Positions 34,920 to 45,861 of a stretch of 64,000 nt of DNA are shown in pieces (the stretch's first letter is position 1; each line of letters starts with the position of its first letter). The notes under the pieces were generated by a model. The model was not told the origin of the DNA, searched no databases, and saw nothing but the letters and a program-made list of their open reading frames with translations. The translations under genes and the position numbers were made by a program. The stretch is from IMG/VR virus record IMGVR_UViG_3300002061_000003. One strand, written 5' to 3'. The stretch comes from a virus.

Positions 34920-35167
34920 TTGAAAATAACACTCCTATAACTCCAGATAATACCCAGCAAGCTAAGTACAACCGACCCCAACACTGATACCCCAGTTACA
35001 AGACGTTTCCGTTCTCTCGTTTCCATGGTCTTCTCAAAGTTTTCCAGCTCTTTCTGCAAATCGGAAATGCTAGTGGAAGCACTGTCTAATTTGAATTCCA
35101 GCTGTTTGACTTTTTCCTCCAATAAAGCAATCACAACCTCATGGTTGCGCGTAGGTTCTTCACCCAT
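34916..35167 (-). CDS. Coiled-coil protein with C-terminal TM helix (holin/antiholin-like)
   Basis: Heptad region then VSVLGSVVLSLLGIIW. Confidence 0.65.
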   Translation of the reverse strand: MGEEPTRNHEVVIALLEEKVKQLEFKLDSASTSISDLQKELENFEKTMETRERKRLVTGVSVLGSVVLSLLGIIWSYRSVIFK

Positions 35168-35182
35168 GTCTTGTCTCCTAAA

Positions 35183-35890
35183 TTACGACGTGGCAGCACC
35201 CGTCGCTATATAATGCAAGCCAACTCTCACGTCGCCTGCTGTGAATGATCCCCCGTTAGATGTTAGGGTTACGGTCGTGACGCCGTAATTCCCCAAAGGT
35301 CCAATAAGCCCTTGGTTGTTAGAGCCCGTCGCGATTCCTAAAGAACCACCAAACCTATCTTGGGTGGAACCATCACCCACATCGTAATCTGTTGCACCTG
35401 TAATAGCATCAACCACATAAACAGATACCCCCAAAATAATACACTGGTTAGGAAATGCGACGGTAGTTGTAACCGAAGCACCCGACAACCCTGCAAGTAA
35501 CTCAGAGGCAATTTCAAACTGGGTAAAAGCACCATTGGCTGTTGATGCTGCGCCTGAAACAACAGTATTCCAGGCTGATCCATTATAGCGAATGTCGATG
35601 GCTTCATCTAATACAAAAGCCTTCCAACCGTTTCGAGGAGTTAAAAACACCCACCCCGCATTCTGATAAACGGCAATTAAGTCTTCAGCGCCAGTCCAAT
35701 CTCCTGTGGCTCCGCTGGCAACGATGTATCGGTCCCCTTCGGCCGGTGATCCTGGAGGCGTATTCAAGCCTCGATCAATAACCGCCAACTGCGTTGCAGC
35801 ATCCAACTTGAACATGGCCTCGTTAAAGGTAACATGCTTTTGAGATTGAGACTGTTCCATCTCTGTGATATTTAGTTCAGGTGTAGCCAT
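35183..35890 (-). CDS. DUF2793-family tail fibre/accessory protein
   Basis: 'Q.QKHVTFNEA..LDA..QLAV..R....PP.SP.EGDRYIV..GATG.W.G'. Confidence 0.85.
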   Translation of the reverse strand: MATPELNITEMEQSQSQKHVTFNEAMFKLDAATQLAVIDRGLNTPPGSPAEGDRYIVASGATGDWTGAEDLIAVYQNAGWVFLTPRNGWKAFVLDEAIDIRYNGSAWNTVVSGAASTANGAFTQFEIASELLAGLSGASVTTTVAFPNQCIILGVSVYVVDAITGATDYDVGDGSTQDRFGGSLGIATGSNNQGLIGPLGNYGVTTVTLTSNGGSFTAGDVRVGLHYIATGAATS

Positions 35891-35900
35891 TGTACGTCTC

Positions 35901-38900
35901 CTAGAATCTGAAGGTTATCTGCTCACGACGTCCAATACCTCTGCCGAACGATTCAGAGATTTGATATACCTCAAAATCGAGTGTCGTAACAGATGCACCA
36001 AAGTCAGTCGTTTGCTGAGCCGATGTATAAGTGGTTGTGGTTGATTCCGCTATTTCAATTGTTCTTAGAATAGTTGTGCCGTCAATGTCGTAGACATCAA
36101 TCTCGTATGCCTCAACCGTCTCAGATAGAGGTACATCCCCACCATCCCACACTTCTCCTCCAATCCTGGATCGGCGAATCCATTCTAGCAGGATATCGTT
36201 GGATGCCGCGTCTTTAGTGGCAGACACAGAACACGGCGATAGAGGTCTGAGGCCTATAGCTCTGGGCGTAAATTGAGTTGTGATATATGTGCCTGAGCTT
36301 TGAGCATCTGATGTAGGTCCGTAGCGCCAGAACAAATCCAGATCTTTAAAGCTTGCAGGCATATTAGACTGTCTTAAGGTCTCTTCCAGAACAACAAAGG
36401 TAGCACCCGCAACTAGGTTATCAGAAATAGCATGTTCGGTACCCAATTGTCCTCTCAGAAGTCTGCTTAGATCATAAGTGTTAGGCGATACAAGATCTGC
36501 CTGGCTCCACTGAACAATCTCCCATTCACCCACTTCAGGGTTATATAGGGCTCCTAAGTTTGCACCTGTAAACATGTCCAAGTCATCAAGTGATTGAAGA
36601 GTTCCGAATGTATTCAAGGTAACTTGCAGTACATTGCCATTATCGAAATAGCCATGTTCAGCAGGACCGAAGTCTAGAGTAGTTACACCCATAACAGTTG
36701 GAACGGTAATATCGAGATCAGCCGTATACGTTGTACCTGTTGAAGATCTGAATACTGAGACACTTCCAGGCCATGGAGCAGCTGAAGATGCGATCCAAGG
36801 TGCATAAGGGGTCTCAGCGCCTGTAAGTAGCGGCAGATCTAGGAATACAGTTTTAGACAAGCCTACGATAGTATCATTGCCGCTTGTACGTCTAACGGAT
36901 GGGCCAGGAGACCTACTGTAAGTCGCAGCTTCAGTGCGTACAGCGCTTGAAGGTCTGTAAAATTCATAACCCAACTCTTCTAAGCGATAATCAGCACTGC
37001 GTCCATTGGCTGTCAAATTTACGACATCTGATGCATCTAAGGCAAGTAGACTTGGAGGCAATTTAAACTCACCACGTTCCCTCATGACATGCGCATCAAT
37101 CAAAAGGGTATCAGCCACACTCTGTGCTTGAGTAAACGACATAACAACATTGAAGCTGCTTTCGGATACATTTTTACCTGCATTTACTCTGCGACGTGCT
37201 GGAACACTTGAGACCTTGTAGTTATAGTCATCGGTGATAAACTTCACACGAACTTCGCCCGGGCTTTCCGTAAGCTGACCTCTTGTCAGTTTAAAGGTAC
37301 CCTGCAATGAATCATCAGGATTGTCGTACACCAAATCATCTTCGGTAAGTTCAATAACCGAGTCAGCACCTCTATGCTTAAACTTGATAACGCCTTCAGA
37401 TTCAAAAGCATCGAACGAGTATAAAGCCATGAGTGGTTGGATGATGTCTCGAGCACTCAACGTGTCGCTTACAACATATCCCGTAATCAAACCATGCAGT
37501 TGAGACGCATCGATAGTAACATCAAAGTCCGCAGTAGCTTCTTCTACAAAATGTCTTAGCGTAGGCAAACCCCAACGACCATTACCCCAATGACCAAGTT
37601 CCCAGTTATCCCCATCAGACCAGACACTTGCCTGGAAAGGAAATTCAGGAAAAGGTCTTGCATCCCATGTCCATAGATACATACGATCGACATCAAGCAT
37701 TCGACCTGCATATACACCTGAAGATGGGTTATTAGTATTATCAGCCCAGAATTCATATTGAGCAATGTTGAACTGGCGAGCCATGAAATCATCACGCGTA
37801 CCTGAAGAGAAGTAAGGCGTAAAGCTTTCGGATGATTTCGGATCGACAAATACGTTTGGCTGGTTTGCTCCCTTATCTACGCATGGGCAACCCACTTCAG
37901 TAAACCAGATAGGTTTTGATTCTGGTACCCAAGCCGTAGGAGATGCATCACGCACACCTCCAGGACGATTATGGTGAGCATTGCTCCACCAGTTTTCCAA
38001 GTCTTTAGGTCTGAATACCCAATCTTCACCATGGGCTGTATCATCAATAGGAGTTCTTACCTGGTTGTAACGATCAGCAGCTGTAGCGTAGAACCAGTCA
38101 TAACCTTCACCACCCTTGATATTACCCTTCAAGTAGTTAAGGTCATAGATTGTCCGGTAAAGCGCTCCATCCAGGTGATTATCACCATCACGCCAATCAG
38201 CCAATGGCATATAGTTGTCAATGCCAATTACATCGATGTTAGAATCGGCCCACAAGTCATCGAGATGGAAGAACACATCGTTAGAACCATCCGAAGGCCT
38301 ATGATTCGTCCACTCTGACCAATCAGCTGCGTAAGTAACGGTTGTTCCAGATCCTAGAATAGCCTTTACGTCAGCCGCTAAAGCAATCCATTGGTCAACG
38401 CTCGGATAGTCTCCATTGTTATCCCGGATACGATTTAACGAAACCATTTCGGAACCAATAATAAAGGTGTCCACGCCTCCAGCGGCTGAACAGAGATGAG
38501 CGTAGTGAAGGATCATCCGGCGGAAAGACCATTCAGCTGGCCCTGTATATGGAATAGTTTCTCCATCCCAAGCACCAAAATCTGTACGGGCAGCATTGCC
38601 GAAGAATGTGTTTACTTGTGTACGTGCAGCAGCTGTTTGATCATCGGAATCATCTTCCAAAGTGATACGACCTCTCCATGGGAAAGCTGCTTGATTAGAT
38701 CCGCCATACGGATCGGTTAAAGTGTTATCAGAAGGGATATCCATAAGAATAAACGGATAAAAAGTAGCAGTCCAGCCACGATCATCAATATCTTGAATGG
38801 CCTCATAGACGGACAAGTCACTTGGTGCTCCTCCGAGATTTGGTCTATCTTCGTCATCTAAGCTAACAACCTCTGCACTAGCTCTTTCGATACCTGAAAC

Positions 38901-39926
38901 TTTCCAAGGGAAAGAATCGGTTGTGATTGAAGTACCTGGAACATTACCAAAAATGTCCAGAGCTGTAGGTTCAACGATAGGCGTATCCGTAGACCGTGTC
39001 GTTTTAATTGCAGCTTCGACCTTAGGTCTTAACTCGCAATCACCTACACGAAGATCAGTACCATGCCATGCCACCACCAATGAGATGTTTTGCATGTTGC
39101 TGCATGTATCGCCGAGTTGATCCATAGAAATTTCCCAGTCTGTACCATCTGACAGGGAGTGATTGTTTTGAGTCTCCGATTCTTGGGTTTCAGTGTTATG
39201 TGCGAAAACTTCTGTCGTAGCATATACAAATTCACCCGCAGACGGAATGACTGTAGTTGCCGTAATTTTATCTTCATATTCGGCCAAAGAGTCTTCAGTG
39301 CTTCGGTACACTTCAACATTTAGCTGAGGGATTCGATTCCCGTAATTCTCCAAAAGCATTTCCTCAAAGACAACATACGCGATGCCTCTGTAAGCAGAAG
39401 TAAATTCCGCACCCTCTACTTCTAGGATTTTAGAATCCCGGTTTTGAGTTTCAGTGCCTTTATATTTCCGAATGGTAAATGAAGCTTGATCTAAGATGCT
39501 GCCATCAGCCCAAATACGATCAATACGTTGGACAACACCTTCACAGACACCTACTGCGAACGAGACGTAGTATTTGTATTCTGTGCTGGTTGAGGTGACT
39601 CCACCTCCTCCACCCTTACCACCACTTTGAGTTGAGCTGGTGGTGATGATTTCTTCACGGTATTTCGTAGTCCAGATGACGTTACCTGCAACTCGAGTCC
39701 TCCCAGTTAATCTATGAATAGGTGTGCCTTCAGAAGAGCCTTGGAATCTCACTTCATCTAGACGTGGACCTTCTTGACTAATGTTAGTGCTTTGTGCGAA
39801 CAAGGCATTGTCAATAATGCTGCCTACAAGTCCAGCACCGGCTGCAAATGCTGCAGTCGCGAACGCCGAGAATCCAAAGCTGCCTGCAATTGCATTAGCA
39901 GCACTTGCCAAGATGATACTTGCCAT
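35901..39926 (-). CDS. GTA-type tail hub/megatron (RcGTA g15-like; TIM-barrel and Phage-tail_3 domains)
   Basis: 'EGPRLD', 'SAYRGIAYVVFE...YGNRIPQL', 'IPSAGEFVYATT', 'FIIGSEM', 'IDNYMPLADWRDG', 'WTWDARPFP.FP', 'NW..GHW.NGR'. Confidence 0.92.
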   Translation of the reverse strand: MASIILASAANAIAGSFGFSAFATAAFAAGAGLVGSIIDNALFAQSTNISQEGPRLDEVRFQGSSEGTPIHRLTGRTRVAGNVIWTTKYREEIITTSSTQSGGKGGGGGVTSTSTEYKYYVSFAVGVCEGVVQRIDRIWADGSILDQASFTIRKYKGTETQNRDSKILEVEGAEFTSAYRGIAYVVFEEMLLENYGNRIPQLNVEVYRSTEDSLAEYEDKITATTVIPSAGEFVYATTEVFAHNTETQESETQNNHSLSDGTDWEISMDQLGDTCSNMQNISLVVAWHGTDLRVGDCELRPKVEAAIKTTRSTDTPIVEPTALDIFGNVPGTSITTDSFPWKVSGIERASAEVVSLDDEDRPNLGGAPSDLSVYEAIQDIDDRGWTATFYPFILMDIPSDNTLTDPYGGSNQAAFPWRGRITLEDDSDDQTAAARTQVNTFFGNAARTDFGAWDGETIPYTGPAEWSFRRMILHYAHLCSAAGGVDTFIIGSEMVSLNRIRDNNGDYPSVDQWIALAADVKAILGSGTTVTYAADWSEWTNHRPSDGSNDVFFHLDDLWADSNIDVIGIDNYMPLADWRDGDNHLDGALYRTIYDLNYLKGNIKGGEGYDWFYATAADRYNQVRTPIDDTAHGEDWVFRPKDLENWWSNAHHNRPGGVRDASPTAWVPESKPIWFTEVGCPCVDKGANQPNVFVDPKSSESFTPYFSSGTRDDFMARQFNIAQYEFWADNTNNPSSGVYAGRMLDVDRMYLWTWDARPFPEFPFQASVWSDGDNWELGHWGNGRWGLPTLRHFVEEATADFDVTIDASQLHGLITGYVVSDTLSARDIIQPLMALYSFDAFESEGVIKFKHRGADSVIELTEDDLVYDNPDDSLQGTFKLTRGQLTESPGEVRVKFITDDYNYKVSSVPARRRVNAGKNVSESSFNVVMSFTQAQSVADTLLIDAHVMRERGEFKLPPSLLALDASDVVNLTANGRSADYRLEELGYEFYRPSSAVRTEAATYSRSPGPSVRRTSGNDTIVGLSKTVFLDLPLLTGAETPYAPWIASSAAPWPGSVSVFRSSTGTTYTADLDITVPTVMGVTTLDFGPAEHGYFDNGNVLQVTLNTFGTLQSLDDLDMFTGANLGALYNPEVGEWEIVQWSQADLVSPNTYDLSRLLRGQLGTEHAISDNLVAGATFVVLEETLRQSNMPASFKDLDLFWRYGPTSDAQSSGTYITTQFTPRAIGLRPLSPCSVSATKDAASNDILLEWIRRSRIGGEVWDGGDVPLSETVEAYEIDVYDIDGTTILRTIEIAESTTTTYTSAQQTTDFGASVTTLDFEVYQISESFGRGIGRREQITFRF

Positions 39927-40438
39927 TAGTCTCCAACTCCTGGAAAGCTATATGCATACATATTACGTGAACGCCATACTTCCCAAATATCTTCTTCCAC
40001 GACATTGTGTTTGATGTAAGCATGAATAATGCTATGGTTGTACGACACAATACCGCAATGTTTAACAAGGCTATTAGACCTCATCCTAATCATCAATACG
40101 TCACCAGGTAACAAGTCTTTCAAAGGCTTTGCAACCAGATACTTGTTAGCGGCTTCTAACATAGGTTCACCTCCTTGAGCATTCACTTCAGCCCAATATG
40201 GTGTATAGTTAGGCGGACGTTCTGCATCAGCCTCGTAGATGTCTTTCCACACACCCCTAAGCAAACCCAAGCAATCACATCCAACATGCTTTTTACATGC
40301 CTGATGTACATAGGGAGTGCCAAGCCAGTCACGTGCGTATGCAATTACATCAGCACGGCTAGTAGGTTTTAGTGGATTAGAATACTGAGCCACCGCTGTT
40401 ATCGTCCTCCGAAGAAGCTTGCCTAAGAATGATATCAT
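39926..40438 (-). CDS. NlpC/P60 cell-wall peptidase (RcGTA g14-like); start uncertain
   Basis: 'ARDWLGTPYVHQAC...GCDCLGLLRGVW', 'PGDVL', 'KHCGI', 'IHAY'. Confidence 0.9.
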   Translation of the reverse strand: MISFLGKLLRRTITAVAQYSNPLKPTSRADVIAYARDWLGTPYVHQACKKHVGCDCLGLLRGVWKDIYEADAERPPNYTPYWAEVNAQGGEPMLEAANKYLVAKPLKDLLPGDVLMIRMRSNSLVKHCGIVSYNHSIIHAYIKHNVVEEDIWEVWRSRNMYAYSFPGVGD

Positions 40439-41288
40439 TCCCTGGAATTAAATTAAAACCCCTGAAGTTAATCAGGTTATCGAATCTCGCGAAGCAAGTT
40501 GATGCAGCTCCATCACATCCAACCGTTACGCTATATGCATCCCCAACTTCAATATCATATGGCATTGGTTCCCAAAGTAGGATAGTATTGAAATCGCCTT
40601 CTTGGACATGAGTCTTGATTTCCATCTGAGCGCCCGCATTAGCACCACTTGTCCACGTAATGACTCCACGACTAAACCATCCATCAATGGTTGCTTGAAT
40701 AGCTACCGTATCTGATCTGAATAGATTCCGACCATTTACAAAGGTAACTGTTGAAGCAACTGTATAGTTAATGCCCGAACTAGATGTTCCAGCAAGATTA
40801 ACACCGCACTTAGGTGTACCAACATCAACCCTGCATGTAGGTGTATATGTATCACCAGTCTTTTGGTTCAACGCATGTGCTAGACCCCTTACCTCAGCAA
40901 CAAAGCCAAGGTTACCTCTTGAGATCTCACCTACAGATCCGGCCAATATGATAGAACGTAAAGATGTGTCGCGCCAGTCAACCAAATAGCAAGTAATCAA
41001 AGCATTGTCATATTGACCTGAAGCAATATCATCCTCATCGATTGAGGCTTGGTTTAAAACACCCATCACATCCATGTTGTCGATATTCAAACCTGTAGAC
41101 TGTGCGATAGCAGATGGATTCATACCAGTTTCGGCTTTATATGTAACCGAGTCGAAAGTCAGATCTTTGTCGTGGTTTGTGAATCCAAATACCTGCGCAT
41201 CACGTCTCACAAGTTGCCAACACAGCGCATGATGTGTAGCACCACCTTCCAAGTCTGTTTGCATTTGGGCTGGAATTAAGTCTTTCAT
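40377..41288 (-). CDS. DUF2163 baseplate hub protein (RcGTA g13-like)
   Basis: 'WQLVRRD..VFGFTNHDKDL', 'GLNIDN', 'C...G..KCGVNL', 'GCD....TC..RFDNL.NFRGF..IPG.D'. Confidence 0.92.
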   Translation of the reverse strand: MKDLIPAQMQTDLEGGATHHALCWQLVRRDAQVFGFTNHDKDLTFDSVTYKAETGMNPSAIAQSTGLNIDNMDVMGVLNQASIDEDDIASGQYDNALITCYLVDWRDTSLRSIILAGSVGEISRGNLGFVAEVRGLAHALNQKTGDTYTPTCRVDVGTPKCGVNLAGTSSSGINYTVASTVTFVNGRNLFRSDTVAIQATIDGWFSRGVITWTSGANAGAQMEIKTHVQEGDFNTILLWEPMPYDIEVGDAYSVTVGCDGAASTCFARFDNLINFRGFNLIPGNDIILRQASSEDDNSGGSVF

Positions 41289-41911
41289 ACCCGAACCTCA
41301 ATCATAGAGATATCAGGAATTTGACCTTTTTCAAAATGTGATAGGTTGATTGTCAGCGAATCTGATTGGAATCGTACAGGTACATCGAATTCGTAACCAG
41401 TCGTAATGGCAACTCCATTTCCTGGAGCAGACGAAAAGACAATTTGCCCTGTCGTAGAGTCAATCAACCAGCCAGTTAACTGCTCTACGCCGTCAAAAGC
41501 GAGCCTGACGGTCCCATCAACAGGTTTGCTGATTTCACGCTCCTGAGAACCTTGAGCATCTGCGTAAGTTTTGATAAGCTGGAATACTGTGGATGATCCG
41601 TCTCCAGTGGCGAGAGGCTGATCTGTTGCTGCGACGGTTTCCAAAGGTCTGCAGGATTTATAATCACTCCAGTCCTTAAAGCGAAAACCATACAAAGCAC
41701 CTTCCCTAGCTTCAAAGAAAGCCATGATGTCATGAACTTCATCCACAGACTTAATGCCGTAAGCAGCATTATAAGCACGTCTGGATTGCGACCAAGGGCT
41801 ATTACGCTCTTCATGGCCAGATCCCAATTCAACAATTTCCGTCTTACGGATTGGACCACCAGTCGATCCATAAGAAATCTTCTGGGAAAATTGAATTTCA
41901 TGAAAGTTCAT
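41285..41911 (-). CDS. DUF2460 distal tail protein (RcGTA g12-like)
   Basis: 'FHEIQF...SYGSTGGP.RKT.IV...SG.EERN..W...RR.Y', 'FFEAR.G.LYGFRFKDW.DY', 'FDVPVRF'. Confidence 0.95.
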   Translation of the reverse strand: MNFHEIQFSQKISYGSTGGPIRKTEIVELGSGHEERNSPWSQSRRAYNAAYGIKSVDEVHDIMAFFEAREGALYGFRFKDWSDYKSCRPLETVAATDQPLATGDGSSTVFQLIKTYADAQGSQEREISKPVDGTVRLAFDGVEQLTGWLIDSTTGQIVFSSAPGNGVAITTGYEFDVPVRFQSDSLTINLSHFEKGQIPDISMIEVRV

Positions 41912-44900
41912 TGGTTACGGCCTCCACGCGAAGCTACTCGGCTCGCAAGTGCTGACATTTGAGATTCGGACTTCTGGAAGCTCTTGGCATCAGTTCCAGG
42001 TGGGAAGTTAAAGTTGATTGTATTGCCTCCACCAGCACCACCAGCATTGATAACACCCAAGTCACCCGAACTAGTACGTGCTAGAGGTAGGATACCTTCA
42101 TCACCAGCTTCTCCGCCAATAGTGACTCCACCATCTTGCATGCCAAACGCTGTAGGACCTGTAAGCAATGCTCCCTTACGTGCGAATTTCACATCAGCAG
42201 CGCCATTAGAACCAAATGCATTGCCTTTACGGGAGAATAGTGTACCGAAGAAGTTTCCTCCAGCACCTGAGAATAGTTGGCCAAAACTAGCACCTCCACT
42301 ACCTCCAATACCCAAACCACCAAAGATGGAATTAAGTAGAGGTTTAATGACTGCAAGTTCCAGGAAGCTTGAAATCAACTCACTGGCAACTTTCTTACCA
42401 ACATCAGCTAAAGCATTCAAATCTAACTTACCTGATACCAATGCATCAGCCATCACATCTGCAACTTGACCCCAACCATTTGAAATCGTATCTTGGACAT
42501 TTTGGTGAAGGTCTGCAATCTGTTGAATAGCACCTTCTTGGGCAGAGATCTCGTTAATGCGGTCGCGGAATTCACCAACACGTTGATTAACCATTTCCTG
42601 AGAGATACCCATCTTCTCAAGAGCTGACCTATACTGTGCAATTGCCTGAGCACCTTGCAAACCACTTTCAGCACCTAAATCACCTAGATCTAGGCTAGTC
42701 AATTGTTCAGCACGTTTTAGAAGGTCTTCCAATTGGCTATTAGCCGATTGCAAAGCATTCTTCATATTGTCGACACCGCCAGCAGCAGCATCAAAGGCTC
42801 CGATGCTAGCTCTGAAGGCTTTTACCTTTTCATTAACCTCTTCTTGTGTTAGGTTAGCACCTGCAAGACTCTTGCGATAGGCTTCAACCTTATCAGATAC
42901 AGATAGGTTTTGTTGCAAGATTGCAAAGGCCTGAGAACCTTGAGATGCCAATGCTTGCAGCTGCTGAAGTTTGGTAAACTGTTCGTTGAGGTCTTTCAGG
43001 TCATCAGAAGCACTTGAACCTCCGCCACTCTTCTTACGACCTCCACGACCTTTGGCAAGTGAAGCTTGGTATCTGGTGTTGGCTTCGATGTTGGCTTCAA
43101 GAGCTGTACGACGTTGATCTAGGGCTGCAGTGATTTGAGCTGCATCAACACCATCGGCTTTCAATGTAGATTCCAAGCGAGACAGGTTATCTGTAACACG
43201 CTCAGCATTTTTAAATGCCGTGAATGCATCTTTACCACCTGCCAGAGCTTCAGTTTCCCTGCGAAGTCTATTCGTTGCGTCTCCAGCCGCTTCAAGGGAG
43301 GCATCAATACGTGCCTGACCAGCAACATTATTCAATTGGAATAAAGCACCTGTCAAAGCTGTAATAATGGCTTCAAGACGTTCACCTGTTACACCAGCAG
43401 CCTCCAACCGTGATCTAAAGGTTTCGATCTGTTGGGTATTGGCAAATTGTTCTTGCAGACGTCTGACAGCATCTTCACCTTCCTGGATGGCTACAGCTTC
43501 AGCAGTCATGCGTTGAATCTCTGCAGTCACTTCAGCAATGGTGGCATCCATTTGTTGATTGCGTACTGTCTCATCAAGTTGACGCATTTGATCAGCAAAT
43601 TGTGCTGTCATCTGCTCAGCAACTGCAATATCAACCCCAGCACCGATCAGCTTATTGCGGAATGCATCGATAGCATCCGACTGTTCGAATGATGCCTTCA
43701 AGTTATCGACTGCTTGAGCTCCATCACCCAAAGCTTCGATTTCCATACGCATACGTTCAATTTCTTTAGTGCTGTCTGCTAGTGCTTTAGATTGAGCAGC
43801 TTCAGACAACTTTTCAAGAGCCGCAGAAAATTCAGCTGTCCGAGCAATAATGGCTTCTTCTTCAACCTTAGCCTTTTCAAGTGTGCTACGGAACTTCTCA
43901 ATAGCATCTGTTTGACCGAATGCAGCTTTCAACGCTTGCAATGCACCCTCAGATTGACCCATAGCGGCAATCTCTTGGTGGATACGTTCGATACGTACAA
44001 TAGCATCTTGTTCAGCAGCTGAAACAACCCGACTTTCCGCATCAGCTCTAGCTCGCGCAGCATTTTGCTGGGCTTGCTGAATAGATGTCAAGGTTTTAAG
44101 TTTGGAAGTTAGCTCATCATATTCGGCATTCAATCGAGCAATATTGCTTGCCCGACGATCCTGTGCATTCCTTTTGCTATGGCCACCAGATTCAGGAGGA
44201 TTGGCAAATAGTTCTCTTTGTTGTTCCAGTTGCGATTGAACCAAAGCCAATCGATCGGCAACTTGAGCTCGTAGGATACCTGTTGTTTGGACTTCAGTTT
44301 GTTGCGCACGTCTTTGAGCATCGATATAGGAATCGATTGTATCAACCAAAGCCGTTTGCTCTTCATTGACACCTGCCATTGCAACGCCTGCAATAGCCAA
44401 ACCACCTGCAAGTCCAATTGCAGCTCGAGTAACCAATGCCAACACGGCTCCTGCAGGGTTAGCAAGCATAACTGCATTCAAGCCTGCCATAGCAATTGTA
44501 GCTGTTCGGATGATCTTTACAAGTTTGAGGAAACCTGCTAAAATACCTGGACCAGCAATTACAAGCAATGCTCCAGTTACACCTGCAGCAGCAAATGCCA
44601 ACACATCCATATTGTCAGCAAAGAAGTTAATTACACCTGTCAAACTTTCTACAGATGCTTGGAACAACTGACTGATACCGAATGTTTCATCAAATGCCCG
44701 ATTGAAGTTTGTCTGCGAGTTAGCCAGGCGATTCAACGATGCTTGCAAGCCTACAACACGTTTAACCTGATCAGCACCTACAGCAGCTCTAAATGCGGAT
44801 GCGAATTTAGGTAAGAACTCATCTGACATGACTTCGCCAGCTTTAAGCATCTTATTCAACTCGGCAGTCGTCACACCCATAGACTGAGCTGCAATGTTAA

Positions 44901-45861
44901 ATGCCCCAACTAGGCGGTCACCTAACTGCCCTCTAAGTTCTTCAGACTGGACAATACCTTTCGACATAATCTGTTCGAATGCTTTTAGAACACCGTTCAG
45001 CTCTTCGGTGCCAATACGGAACTTTGCAGCACCAAACAAGACATCTTCAAAAACCTGATCTACTTGAGCTCCCGCTAATGCGGTACCTGCAGCTGCTGCA
45101 CTAATCTTGGCATATGCATTAGCAACTCCGATAAGCTCGGAACCTGTATCGTCAGATAATTGTTGAATTCGGGCAAATGCATCAGCAGCAGCTTCAGTTG
45201 ATCCTGTTACAGATTCCAAACGTGCATTGACTTTGTCAAGTTGGATAGCCGTTTGAATTGCACCTTGACCAAAGGTACTTAAGGTAATAAAACCTGCTGT
45301 GATACCGCCAATAAGACCAACCATTGCAAGGTTAGACCGATTTGCGATAGCAGTCAAGGCTGTGATGCGAGCTCCAACACCTGACAAAGGACCTACAGCA
45401 AGTACGGATGCGCTTGCCAAGTTCTGCATCAACTCCGTCATATTGAAGAGTGATGGAGGTACTTGATCAGCTGCTTGTTTGAAACGGTTTAAAGAACGTT
45501 GCGAACGTCCTACATCAGCTTGGAACTTACTTTGAGCACGTTGGAAATCAAGTGTTGTGAGTGTTCCGGAAGTCACACTTTTAGTATATTCACGGAATGC
45601 TCGGGAAGAGTCTGTAAGCAACCGTGTAGGTGCTCCAGCTTTACGTACCGACTCATTGAAACGCAGAGTCTGTTGCAAAGCGGATAACGCTGCTTTTTCT
45701 TGACGACGTAATGCGGCTTCGGTCTTCTTGGATGCCGCGCTTGAAGCGGAAGCAGCAGAGTTAACAGCTTGACCGAACTTGACGACATCATTTACGGATG
45801 AGCTCAGACGTCTGGTATCTACACCCAATCCGAAATTGATATCGCCAAGATTTAAAGCCAT
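41908..45861 (-). CDS. Tail tape measure protein
   Basis: 1317 aa Ala-rich helical protein; 'QIMSKGIVQSEELRGQLGDRL'; C-terminal 'GEAG.EGILPL.R...G.LGV'. Confidence 0.93.
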   Translation of the reverse strand: MALNLGDINFGLGVDTRRLSSSVNDVVKFGQAVNSAASASSAASKKTEAALRRQEKAALSALQQTLRFNESVRKAGAPTRLLTDSSRAFREYTKSVTSGTLTTLDFQRAQSKFQADVGRSQRSLNRFKQAADQVPPSLFNMTELMQNLASASVLAVGPLSGVGARITALTAIANRSNLAMVGLIGGITAGFITLSTFGQGAIQTAIQLDKVNARLESVTGSTEAAADAFARIQQLSDDTGSELIGVANAYAKISAAAAGTALAGAQVDQVFEDVLFGAAKFRIGTEELNGVLKAFEQIMSKGIVQSEELRGQLGDRLVGAFNIAAQSMGVTTAELNKMLKAGEVMSDEFLPKFASAFRAAVGADQVKRVVGLQASLNRLANSQTNFNRAFDETFGISQLFQASVESLTGVINFFADNMDVLAFAAAGVTGALLVIAGPGILAGFLKLVKIIRTATIAMAGLNAVMLANPAGAVLALVTRAAIGLAGGLAIAGVAMAGVNEEQTALVDTIDSYIDAQRRAQQTEVQTTGILRAQVADRLALVQSQLEQQRELFANPPESGGHSKRNAQDRRASNIARLNAEYDELTSKLKTLTSIQQAQQNAARARADAESRVVSAAEQDAIVRIERIHQEIAAMGQSEGALQALKAAFGQTDAIEKFRSTLEKAKVEEEAIIARTAEFSAALEKLSEAAQSKALADSTKEIERMRMEIEALGDGAQAVDNLKASFEQSDAIDAFRNKLIGAGVDIAVAEQMTAQFADQMRQLDETVRNQQMDATIAEVTAEIQRMTAEAVAIQEGEDAVRRLQEQFANTQQIETFRSRLEAAGVTGERLEAIITALTGALFQLNNVAGQARIDASLEAAGDATNRLRRETEALAGGKDAFTAFKNAERVTDNLSRLESTLKADGVDAAQITAALDQRRTALEANIEANTRYQASLAKGRGGRKKSGGGSSASDDLKDLNEQFTKLQQLQALASQGSQAFAILQQNLSVSDKVEAYRKSLAGANLTQEEVNEKVKAFRASIGAFDAAAGGVDNMKNALQSANSQLEDLLKRAEQLTSLDLGDLGAESGLQGAQAIAQYRSALEKMGISQEMVNQRVGEFRDRINEISAQEGAIQQIADLHQNVQDTISNGWGQVADVMADALVSGKLDLNALADVGKKVASELISSFLELAVIKPLLNSIFGGLGIGGSGGASFGQLFSGAGGNFFGTLFSRKGNAFGSNGAADVKFARKGALLTGPTAFGMQDGGVTIGGEAGDEGILPLARTSSGDLGVINAGGAGGGNTINFNFPPGTDAKSFQKSESQMSALASRVASRGGRNQ

